Source: Lytechinus pictus
Taxonomy: Eukaryota
Assembly: GCF_037042905.1 (NCBI RefSeq)
Contig: NC_087251.1
Coordinates: forward strand, 14,138,001 to 14,202,000
Direction of reading: 5' to 3'
DNA: 64,000 bases
Positions within the stretch are counted from its first letter, which is position 1. Each line of letters begins with the position of its first letter. Positions 35,998 through 48,200 of the stretch are shown here, in pieces. The notes below the pieces were generated by a model that worked only from the letters and a program-made list of their open reading frames with translations, was not told where the DNA came from and did no database searches. Both the position numbers and the translations under genes were made by a program.

Positions 35998-38900
35998 AAA
36001 AAAAATTCTAGAAATTTTTTACTTCCCATGAGTTTACTCCGCCATCATATATGCCCCATAAAAAGAGCAATTAAAATTTGATCCATTGCTTTAAATAAGA
36101 CATTTTCTAAACAGGAAAATGGAATCATAGCTCACAAATTTTGTCAATTTCTATTCAATTGATTGCATTTTTAATAATTCACCACATATTCCTATTTTTC
36201 ATCAGGAGGATTTTTTATTGCCCCACCCTCTAAATTTCTTCTTTTGTTTAAACAAAATATTTTGAGTTTGAGGCTCCCTTGAATTTAGTTGTACAATTAC
36301 AGAGGAAGAACACCAAATCTTCCAATGGACTGGACCTGTGAGATGATCTCATTGGTGTTTATTTCTTTTCTCTGGAAGCATTCATGGCTTTACAACTTAT
36401 AGATAATCGGCAGCTACCCCTATGCAGAAAAGCAAAAAAATATGTCTTGCCTATTGAGAGATGTTTTTGCTTGAATTTACCCAAAGTCTTGCATTAATGG
36501 GGGTCTATTGGCTTGCCCAATGCCATAAATTTAGTGTACTATGACTTGTGTATAACCCAATGTCAAAGAGATTTATAACTATGTATATATCATATTGCTA
36601 GTATTGAGAGCTATTATTTTGCAGCACAGGTGAAGTTTTTGCATGTACTGCCTTTATTTCTATTCTTGAGTGAATATGACGCACAAGCAAAGTACCCCCC
36701 TTCTGATATTAAAGTTTAAGATTTTCTAATTTTGTGGTCAATGAATCACAAGTCTGTCTTATCCATATACCTCCATTCATTTTTCATACATCAAGTATAA
36801 AGAAAATGGGAAATTACCTATTCTCTTACCCATGTTCCATCTCACTCGTATCTATCTACCCACCCTCCCCATTTTCTCTCTCTTTCCTCACTCTTTTCCC
36901 ATTTCTCAATATTTTTCTCTTTCACCTTTCCTTCTTTGTTACTTTTTTTGTATCTCTTTAATTTTCTGTAAACTATTCAATTTCTACGCATTCTTTTTTA
37001 AAAATTCCTAGTAATATCCTTGCATCTCCTGAAACAATAAAGATTATCAGTTCTCCTGCTATATTTGTTGTCTCTTACCTCAACATGACTGCCTATACGC
37101 CAATGCTACCCATATAATATCCCCAGATGTGAAAATCATCACAAATAGTTGTATGATAATTTCATTATAAGCAGAGTCAATATCAATTTGAACATGTGTG
37201 CCTTCTTTAGCTCTCTGAATTTAATGGGATGAGAAATCATCCTGCTTTTGATGATCAGTAACAATTCAAAAAGTTGTGTATTGACGAGGACAAAGGTGAT
37301 TGACTGGCAGTAGTATTGCTTCTTTGTTGTATCAAGAGAGATGGAGGAAGGGAGGGAGAGAGAACAAAGCAGTTATTGCATTTCAAAAGAACAGGAATAA
37401 ACAGATCTTGGGATTGGAATTTTGTTCAGGCTGATCCACAATTTGTATTATTTTGCTAAAGAATTTCATCATTGCCATGATAATTTGATGATATTCAATA
37501 CACATGTAATAATCTAGATCCCTGTAAATTGGATACATTTTAAGATGTTAAAATATATATTTATATGTGTATTTCATAAATTATTAAGTAGGTTGTCATG
37601 TATCAGGCGTCAGATTGATGTCACAATGACAACTCAAGTCACAACCACTGACTCAAGCACCTTATCAATGTTGAGGGCCATTGAACTTTGTACAGGAACT
37701 AAAGTGTTGCAAGTCAATTTAACTGTGACTTGTTACAACTCTGACGATATTATGTTCACTGAAACTACATTCATTTTGTATATCATCTAACAATAGAAAA
37801 ATGTTTTTGATAAAGTATTATGTATAAGATAGTACAAGAAGCAGAATGTTTTTGAAATATGGATGCGAGTCATAATGCATAATTGAGATTGTACCTTGAT
37901 AAAGCTATTCCCTCCATAATTATTTCTCCTATCTCTATTAAAAGCATCAAGGTCACTATCTGGAATTATGTTATTTTTAGCTTTGTTTGAGATACTGCAT
38001 TTCCACTAATGTAAGGTAAACTTGTATTGAATTATCCGACCATCATGGAAGCTTAATAAACCAATTTGTTAATGTGTGAAGCTCCATTTAACTAATTAAT
38101 TGGTAACAACATATTTCACAAGAAGCGTTCTTTGATGGTGAATGTTGTTGATATTGGTAGATATGTCTTGGCATCAATGTGGTGTTCTTTTCTCTTTTTA
38201 TTTATAGCAATTTTATCATTCCTGATTTTGTTTCATGTAATCCAGTTCACTTTGAAAATGACTAAATTATTTGGAAAATAAACTAGATTAATCACTTGTT
38301 CTGCCTAAAATTGTAATGTTAAGAAATACTTATTGTGATTTTGATTGTCCAACATAATTCTTGTATCATTGTGATGTATTAGCATTAATTCCAAGATTTA
38401 GATAAACTATTAAATAGGTATTGTACAGACATACTTCTAGTTGTTGTTGTTGTTTCATAATAGTCATATGATAATGAAAAAGAATAATGGAACATCTGGT
38501 ATGCTAAAAATTGGGTTTAAGACAGGGGCCGCGGAAGCGGGGGGGGGGGGGCCTTCAGCCCCCCACTTTTTTCCAAAACCGTAAAAATTACCATATGATT
38601 GTGATTTTTTGCATGGTCAGCCCCCCCCCCCACTTTGAAAACCGTTCCGCAGCCCCTGTAAGATGATAACAATGAGTTTTAAGATATGATGAAAGTTGGG
38701 GATGATAGTGATGAGAATGGTTGTGATTATGATAATTATGATGACGGTGGTGATGATAATGATAATGGTGAGTGATGTTGATGAAAATGAATAATTGTGT
38801 TGATGGTTTTAATGACAATGATAAACTTGTGATTACATCATACAATACATGCATGTTTGTATGGTGGCAGACTTCATCATGTTCAAATCCTTTGGACCAT

Positions 38901-40448
38901 CAAATGCAAAATAGGGAGATAAAGATTAGTTAGTATCTGTGCCATGTGAAAAGTGGAACATATATCTGTGGTCCATATATATTTTACCTAGCTAGATTTA
39001 CCTGGTTAATTAAACTCAGTACATTTATCTCAGAACAGAAACTATGGGAGATATTGAATTGATTCTCAAAACGGGTTTATTATCAGTCCTCTTGAATATT
39101 TCATGAATATATACAAATAATAATTTGCACTCTTGGAAGACATTTTAATGTGCGCTTTATACATGTACATGATCTATAACTATAGGTTAAGGTAGAAAAA
39201 ACAAAGAACAAATGGTAAAATGTATAAATCATGTGAATCTCAACATGACATATTTCTAATATGAATATACATTAGTTTGCAAATAGCTTGATGAAGACAC
39301 ACAAATCCACAGAAATATAATTTTCATATTCCAAGTTGTACTTTGTCTCTCACCCCAAAGATTTAATCAGACTAAAAGTGCAATAACTCTGCCTATTAAA
39401 GAAGAAATCACATACATTAAATGATAAACCAAAGTAGAAGTAATTTTCATAATAAATATTTTTTTTGTCATATGCTGAATTTCCAATAAGTTAATTACAT
39501 CAATTTCTTAATCCTAAGATATGCAGAGTTGAAATATATTTCAAATTTTCTTGCAAAAGAAGTTCCTAATTAAACCCTTTACTTACTAACAAAGCTTGAT
39601 ATCAAAATTCTTACATGAAGGTGTTGGTTCCATATTTTTTTTCAACAAAATATACAAATCTCCTTCATCAATAACATATATTTGCCAATCAATTATAACA
39701 ATCCAGTCATTCATTATGCCTTTTTAATTTTCAGAAAAAGCAGGATGTATCAGAATGGTACTAAATTTTCATATCAAATAATATTGAAGAAATAAAATAT
39801 GGTATGACGAGCAAGACTTAAAAGATGTATACAAATAAATCCATTGTTAAAACAAGGAATCATGAGTTGTGAATAATTTATATTTGGGAAGCTTTCATAA
39901 GCCCAGGACTAGCCTATAATCTTGGCAGAGTCTGATGCTGTTAAGTGCAACGTCGGCAATATATCTAATGTGGAAGACTATGCTCGGCAGCCACTGCCTA
40001 ATACACTCGTCTCATGTTGGTTCTTTTTGTATTTTAGTGACGATTGTCTGGTGGCAAGTTTTTGTAATGAAAAAAAGGCAGCAAATCTTTGTCGATAAAC
40101 AACAAGAACTAACACAACGAGTGTATAGGCAGTGGCTATTTTGAAGCCGCATCAGATGTATTGCTGACGTTTTGAGCAACAGCATCGGACTCGTAACGGC
40201 AAGGACAAGTATCAGTAGTAACCTAACAATGCCATGGGAACCTATGGAACAGTTATTTGTGATGAACAAACATGTGTACAGTACATAACAATTATTCAGG
40301 TTTTTTTTTTACCTTCTCTTGATATGCAAATTTACCTAAAACCAAAATGTTTCTTGTATTTAATGCTATGGCAAGAAAAAAAACCTCTTTGGAGGCTGAT
40401 GTTTTGAGATGAACAGTATACCAAGAACTTATCTTAACCCTGTTTTAA

Positions 40449-41216
40449 CCCTAACTAGGCCGGGCTTTTTTGGCTGTTCTGTGGCCGGGGGGGGGGGTTG
40501 ATTCAACCCCCCCTGAGATCTCGGCCGCCGATCGCGCGAGCGCCGCACAAATTTGCACACTGGTAGTGTGCGATGTAATCTACAAGGCTGTATGGTAAAA
40601 TTTTCCAAAATAATGAGATTTCATTTTATATGAATTAATCATGCTAATTTATGCATATATCATACTTTTTGCTCTAATTCACTAAATAAAGCTCCTAGAA
40701 TTCTAATTTTTGGTAAAAATATTCTTTGTAGCATTCTTAACAATGGCAATTGAAAAAAACTTCGGTTTGGAAATCAATTTCTTATGTATTTTATTGTTTT
40801 ATGAATTTCTTATGTATTTCTATGTTTTTCAACCTTTTGTTTTTCTTTGTTTTTTTCACCAGATTTATTGCACAACCTTTTTGAAGCATAATTATGCTAA
40901 AATCAATTGCTTTCAGCTGTTTAAAGTAAAAATAATCATATCTTTATGAATAAGATGAGAAAACTCAATTTGCATTGACTTTGTACACAAAATCACGTTT
41001 TGGAACAATTTTTGGTCAGACATGCACTTACAAAATGTTGCGTAATTTCGGAACCGCGTACACGGGCATTGTAAATTTGGTCTTAAAAGATGCGCGAGAC
41101 TTAAAAGTATAAACTCTGCGAGTGACGCGGTCAAAGAAATTCGTGCGGCGGAATGATCGCAGAAAATGTTGAGGGGGGGTTGATTCAAACCCCCCCCCCC
41201 CCCGGCCATTTTAGGG
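40449..41216. mobile_element. piggyBac-like MITE
   Basis: TTAA|ccctaactaggccggg ... cccggccattttaggg|TTAA. Confidence 0.85.
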
Positions 41217-41998
41217 TTAAGATGGGGAACTGATTAAGCTACCCTAAATGTGATAATTTTTAAACATAATTTTTTTCTGCTAAGTTTTCATGACATTTTT
41301 CTATAACATTGGGTGCATATTTTGAGAAATTTTTAGTTTGTGTGGTGTACGATTCCCGACTATCACAATATTTTGTGATACCTGTCACAGAAAAAGAGCT
41401 CTTTCTCTCAACAAGGTTGACTTTCATTTATAATTTTTTGTTGTTGCATTGCATGCCAGCAGCTCCCCCATCTGTCATGTGATAGAATTTCAATAAAATG
41501 CAATTTTCTTGAAAAATTATACAAACATGCAATATATTTCCAGATGCATTATTAAAAACACAAGAGACATAATTTTTGTCATCATGAACCATTGAAAACT
41601 TATAAATTATGGAAATTATATCACATGAAAAATGGGACAGTTGCTCATAAGTGGCATCACATGATTAACAAATTTCTAACACCTGTTTGCTCTGTAAAAC
41701 TCTGTAATACATTATTTGATGGATTTTCATCAAACTTTCTTCTTCAATATGATTATATGGTATCCCAGCTAACACAAATTGATTTCAGAATGTTCAAAAA
41801 CTTTGTCAACACTTTAAGATGTTTTGAAAAGATTATCTGAACAATATGAAAACATTTTTGTGTTTGCTGTGTACAATTCACATTGAGTTTTAAAGAATCT
41901 TTCTCAAACTCATTGCTCACTAAGTCTTCTTGAATTGAACTCTAATTTCTTTAAAGAAATGAACTAGAAGTGGTATTTGTGTGTACCAAAGGGACTCA

Positions 41999-42202
41999 TT
42001 ATGGTGTGAACCATATGAGGCGGTCGTCCCGTATATGTCCTGTTTTCAGACCTTTGGTCAATGGCTGGACAGTAGCAGTGAATTTATAATTCTGTAGAAC
42101 AGTGATGTTAGGAGGCTGAGCGCATGTCCCATTCCTGATGTAGTCGGGTATTTCTAGTTGATTGATGTCCTCTGTGAAGTAACCACGGACAGAGAAAAAC
42201 TC
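41999..42202 (-). CDS. CBM9-like last coding exon (EFFSVRGYF...RLIWFTP*)
   Basis: catcag|GAG...TAA, 204 nt. Confidence 0.85.
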   Translation of the reverse strand, partial: EFFSVRGYFTEDINQLEIPDYIRNGTCAQPPNITVLQNYKFTATVQPLTKGLKTGHIRDDRLIWFTP

Positions 42203-45200
42203 CTGATGGAGGCAAATAGATGGTAGATTGTTATAAATATATTCAGGGAGAAAATATGATTTTTTTTATGAGGGATTCGTATTATAATTCTTAGTCTCGT
42301 TACTATAAACCATTTGTATCATCATTGTTAATGTTGCTTTTAATATCATCATGATTAGCCTTATCATTAGCATCATAATCATACTTGCATTAGGATTATG
42401 ATGATGAGAATAAAAATGAGTTATGAAAATTTTGACTATAATTATAACTCATAATAATTGACATCATCACCATATACTATCATCTTCATCACTACTGCTG
42501 CCTCTGTCATTATCATCATCATCATCACCACACCCATTTAAATCCCCATCATCATTACCTTTTCAGCATTGTAAACTGCTATTAGACTAGTGTAGATAGG
42601 CCAGCGAGGATCTCTCACAAATTTAGTTTGGTTGACTGCATCACTACTGAATTGAATGAACCCCCATCTAAAGCGATAAAACAATTGGCGAGAAAAAAAA
42701 CCACAACTTTATAATACATATGCTCTGTAAACATATAACCAAACAGAGATTCTTGAAATAGAAAAAGTTCAAGCATAATGTACAGACAGGCTAATGGTAG
42801 AAAGTTTTGGAATTTCTTTCTTTTTTAAAACAATCTTGTGTTTTTGATAAATTCATCACTACACAAAGATTATTTGGAACAATGATAATCCTCAATGATT
42901 ATTAATCTTGTATTACAACAGCAATTGTAGTTCAATCTCAGGCATCTCCCTTCACTATGAAGTGCTATCATCTTAGCCCTCTAAAGCAGTTCTTGCAAAA
43001 CTAACACTTATAGTGTCTTAAAGACCTTTATCACAATAAAAAAAGAAAGCCCTTCAACCCACATCCACACTAACATACTATAACATAATTCAGCTTACTA
43101 CACTTTTCAGGCTTCATCTACTTATTTTCAGACCAAAGAAAACGTATTTCTGTGAATGTCCACTTCTACATAGTTTTCATGGTTTAATCAATTCTCAATG
43201 GCATCCTTGATAAATATAATGAAGTGTAAACAAAGTATTTTCTACCTTTCAGGAAGGTGCATGTTGATGGCATCCTGGGAAGACCATACCCAGTTGTCTT
43301 CTTGAAGCCCAGGTACCTGTTGATGTGATCAATCATCCAAAGTTTGCATGTCCACATTATCATTTTAATAATCAATATACAAGTACATGTATCCTGATCC
43401 TTTATACTACACTTTGGCGCACCAAAAAGGTAGGACGTTAAATGGAGGTCCGGTGTAGAGAGTCACCACCTTGGCAGGTTAAGAACCCACTGCACTATTC
43501 GTATGAGACTAGGGGAAAACCCCGGTGTAGTGGTCCACCTGCACTCCCCCCAATCAGTTATATCGGGAGGAGAGACCTGTGGGTCATAGTGATTCAGTTC
43601 GCTTTTCGCCTCCCAGGCACAGGTGACACCAAACAAACAATAATAATAATGGCAGGTTTGGTAGAATGTTTTGTGCACAAAACTCCAAAATTTCTCCATT
43701 ATGTCTCAAGGTGCATCTCGTCTCCTTAGCGAAGATATATCATGGGAAAAGGTACTTGACACAGCATAAGTTGAGTTCACAAGAAGACAAGCACCTATCT
43801 TCCAAGAAGAAGGAAATATGAAAGTTTGTGTTCAAAACATACTTCTAAACGTGCCTTTTGTTATCAGCACAGAAAGTAAATTGAGACTTTTCAAACTTTC
43901 ATAAATTCTTTTTTTTTTCATTTTGTAACCAATATGGATTGAACTTTTTAAAATTGTTTTCCTCTATCCTATTCTTTAATGAAGAATATTATAGGTTCAT
44001 GACTCCTACTTGTATAAAAAAGCTTCATGATAAAATCCTCCTCCCCAAGTATTTGCATTCCAGGATAGATGCCTATAATCAATGCTGTGATTCATTTAGG
44101 ACAAGAAAATATATCATTATTTATCAATCTATACAGGTGAGGTCATTTACCTTTTCATAGTGTCCATCAACATTTTTGACGTGCCATTCCACTCTGTGTA
44201 ATAAAAAAGGCAAGATCAATGAAATTTCAACAAATAAGATATAAATGGATTTTTCAGTGTTGTTTATTTGGAAAAAGAGTAAGCTGTATTTAATATTAAA
44301 AAAACAACCAATCATTGAGAAGAATGTATGTTAAAGAAGTCCTTATTAAAATCTACTTTAGTGTAGGTGAAAAGGTAATGGGCCCAAATTCTGAAAAAAG
44401 TAGACTTGAGAATAACTTAAATTATGTTGTTATCTATACTTAAAAATGACACAATAATGACTTAGTTTGAACTTAAGTATTTTTTATTTAATATTTCATC
44501 TTATATACTTATTAATCTACAAATCATTCACATATCCAGGCGGCATTCTTTTTTCAATCTGTACATCCAACTTTAAATGATTTTTCAAGCTCTAACCAAT
44601 ATCTACTAGCACCAAGCTTTATAATTGACTATATGGATGATTTTTATAACTCATTCATGTGTATTCAATTGGATTCATAACCAACTGTAGGATTGATTGC
44701 TAAGCTTTGTGTTAAAGGAAAGATATATGTACTTATATATTCTTTGGTCTAACTTCATTGATGCTTATAAGTATGAAATTACAATAAAAAATGATTAATG
44801 ATTATATAAAAAAATCTTATAATTCTGTACATAAACCCCCAAAATGAACAATAATTGAAACAGCTTAATAACTTACCTGCTGAAATTGATTCTCCATTGA
44901 TCTCCATGCTTTGGGGGAGCTTTCGCTTCACTGTCATCGGTTACAAGACTGTGTAGAGGCAGTGCTAATTCCACAGTCCAGTACTTATCTTTCCAAAAAC
45001 AAAAAAAATATTCAACACTTGGCAGGAAATATGAAATATATATGTAGTCCTACAGGTAACTAACTCGGGAGTCGGGACAGCCTGTATGTAGCAGATTATC
45101 ATTATTAGTTTATTTATTAAATTTTTTAACTTATTATTTTTTTTTTGGGGGGGGCGGGCTTAACAAATGGTTAAGTTTAAGAAAAAGTTTAGAAACATTG

Positions 45201-48200
45201 TATTGATTGACATGATCCTATTCTGACCAAAGCAATGATGCATTATACCCTGGGGAGCAATTTATTAGCATCTTGTCAGGGATTTTAATCACAAATTTTA
45301 CTTGAAGTCAATCAGATGAAAGGACTATGAGGCATAAGATAGTTGTGAGTAAAGTGTTATACATATAGTTCATTTATTTAGTTCATTCATTTATTTCTTC
45401 AAAAACATTCACACATGGTAGTTAAATAAACAAGTGGAATGCCTCTGGCGGTCTCACCTGCATCACGCATTTCAATATAGCAGAAGTGCTGACTTTGAAA
45501 ACTACTATAAAATAATTATTCACAAAAAACACCATTCATATAATGATACAATACTACGTTCATTGATATTTGACCTTGATCATGTGACCTAAAACTTGTC
45601 AGTGATACTTGATTACCCCTATATCCACATTTTATACACTATATCTATATACTTTGAAGGTTATGACAGCAATTTAATAATTACCTCTAAAATGGCTTAA
45701 GTTCAATTACCTAAAATGACCTTTGACTTACATCATGTGACCTGAAACTCGCACAAGATGTTCAGTGATACTTGGTTACTCTTATGTCCACGTTTTATGA
45801 ACTAGACCAATTCACTTACACGGATATGATGGTAATTCAACAAATACCCTCAACATGGCCAAAGTTCATTGACCTTAAATGACCTTTGACCTTGGTCATG
45901 TGACCTGAAACTTGGATGGGATCTTCAAAGATACTTGATTACTCTTATGTCCAAGTTTCATGAACCAGATCCATAAACTTTCAAAGTTATGATGGTAATT
46001 CAACAGATACCCACAATTTGGCCAAAGTTCATTGACCCTAAGTGACCTTTGACCTTAGTCATGTGACGTGAAACTTAAGCAGGATGTTCAGTAATACTTG
46101 ATTAATTTTATATCCAAGTTTCATGAACTAGGTCTATATATTTTCTGAGTTATGATGGCATTTCAAAAACTTAACCTTAGGTTAAGATTTAGATGTTGAT
46201 TCCCCCAACATGGTCTAAGTTCATTGACCCTAAATGACCTTTGACCTTGGTCATGTGACCTGAATCTAAGGCAGGGTGTTTAGTAATACTTAATTAACCT
46301 TATGGCCAAGTTTCATGAACTAGGTCCATATACTTTCTAAGTTATGCTGTCATTTCAAAAACTTAACCTTCGGTTAAGATTTGGTGTTGATGCTGCCGCC
46401 GCCGTCGGAAAAGCGGCGCCTATAGACTCACTCTGCTTCGCAGGTGAGACAAAATGATAATAAAATAAATGGCAAGATAAAAAAAAATAGATTGTCAGTG
46501 CTAAACATACATTGAGGTTGTTACATAAATAATATAATTTACATTACAGAGTAGGATTCTGGAGACAAAATTTACACAAAATTTCACATTTTGAAAGAAA
46601 GAAGATACCTTAAAAAAGCTAGGCTTGTATGTACATGTAGTCCATATACAAATCGCTTCATATGATACTGCAATGGTATCAAGATACATGATACATGTTG
46701 AAATATAATGTTATTAAGTGGAATTTTGCCATTCATAAATCATAGTTTTATCAAATCAACCCTGGAAAAATTGTCAATAAAATATCACTTTACTCTGAAT
46801 GAAAGACACTTCAATTTGATTTGCCACATGAGAAAAATTAAATAAGCTATGTACAATTGTTATCTTCTATTTCCTTTAAATCAAATCAATTTATCATAAA
46901 GAAAACATTTACATAATACCTCAAAACAAGAAAAGGCAATACATGGATGTTAGGTAATAGTTCAGGGGTAGAAAAAAATAGATTATGGTAAACCTGTCCA
47001 TAAATTCTAGACTACACAATCGAGACATGGAAAATGATCTTCATGAACAGGTGGTCTTTGTTAACATGTTCCTGTAATTCATGTTTCTATGGGGAATACA
47101 TTCAAAAGAAAATTCAACTGGTGGACATTAGAGGAGATTCAAATATATTACCTTCATGTAAAGGATCATTTATTGGTCCATTAACAAAGATGGCACTTTG
47201 AAGTCCAGTCATCTCAAAGCTACTGTTTGCAAACCCACCATTGAGGTAGGGCTGGTATGGTAGAAAGAATGAACAAAAGAAAGAAAGATAGGAAGGAAAA
47301 AGAAGAAAGAAAAAGAAAAACAATATGTAAAAGGAAATGAAGAATATAAATGCAAAGAATTAAGATAGGGATGAAAGAGAGGGGGGAAATTACAGAATCA
47401 GAGAAAGAGGGGGAAAATAAAAATTAAGATAATAGAGAGGGTATTTATATTTGGCTATTAATAGGAATAAATGAGAACATTAAAGATAATGAATTAATAA
47501 AATATTAAACAACTCACACCTATAAAAGATATATCATATAGAACATCAATACTCAACATATATGTCCATTTCATTGAAGAGATATGAAATAAAATGGAAT
47601 AAAACATAAAGGAAATCATACCAACTTACTTTATTCAAGATGAGATCCCATGTGGTATTTATAGCATTGATTTCGAATTCCTTATACCTGCAACAATTGA
47701 GATATTATAACCAAAACCAATTGAATATATAATAACTGTAACTGCTGTAAATACATGATTATCTAATATAAAGTCAAGTAGGCAGTGTCCTCATTCTAAG
47801 AACATTTATCAACATTCAAAAATATATATCAAAGCTTCACAAAATAAGTTTGTGAAAGAACAGGCAGGATCATAATGGGAGCATCAGCATCCTATTTTTT
47901 TTTCTTCTTAAATTTGAATGTAAATATAGATATTTTGGTAAATGAATATTCATTGTTATTTCAACACTCTGCAATAGAATGGAGAAATTCTTTATTATCA
48001 GATGAATTCAGATTGAAAAATGTGAAATTCATGAAGATCATCTACTCATTAATATTATGTACAGGCAATGTTGTGTGTCTCACTGTTACAGAAAATGAAA
48101 CACATTATTAAAGTTTCACTTCACATCCAATTGTGATCATTCTCATTGATAATACTTCTTTGGTTTAACTATATCAATCAAATCAACTTTATATATAGGG

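Noticed and set aside
36287..36530. Hairpin-AGATAA-hairpin resembling an H/ACA snoRNA
   Set aside because: Hairpins are ~110 nt each, there is no terminal ACA box, and the location is a 3' UTR rather than an intron.
41950..42250. Short + strand stems (accaaagg/cctttggt, GUGA-capped hairpin, aactagaagtg/tatttctagtt)
   Set aside because: Only 6-11 bp and overlapping the last CBM9-like coding exon; could be chance, and shows that short stems found by eye are weak evidence.
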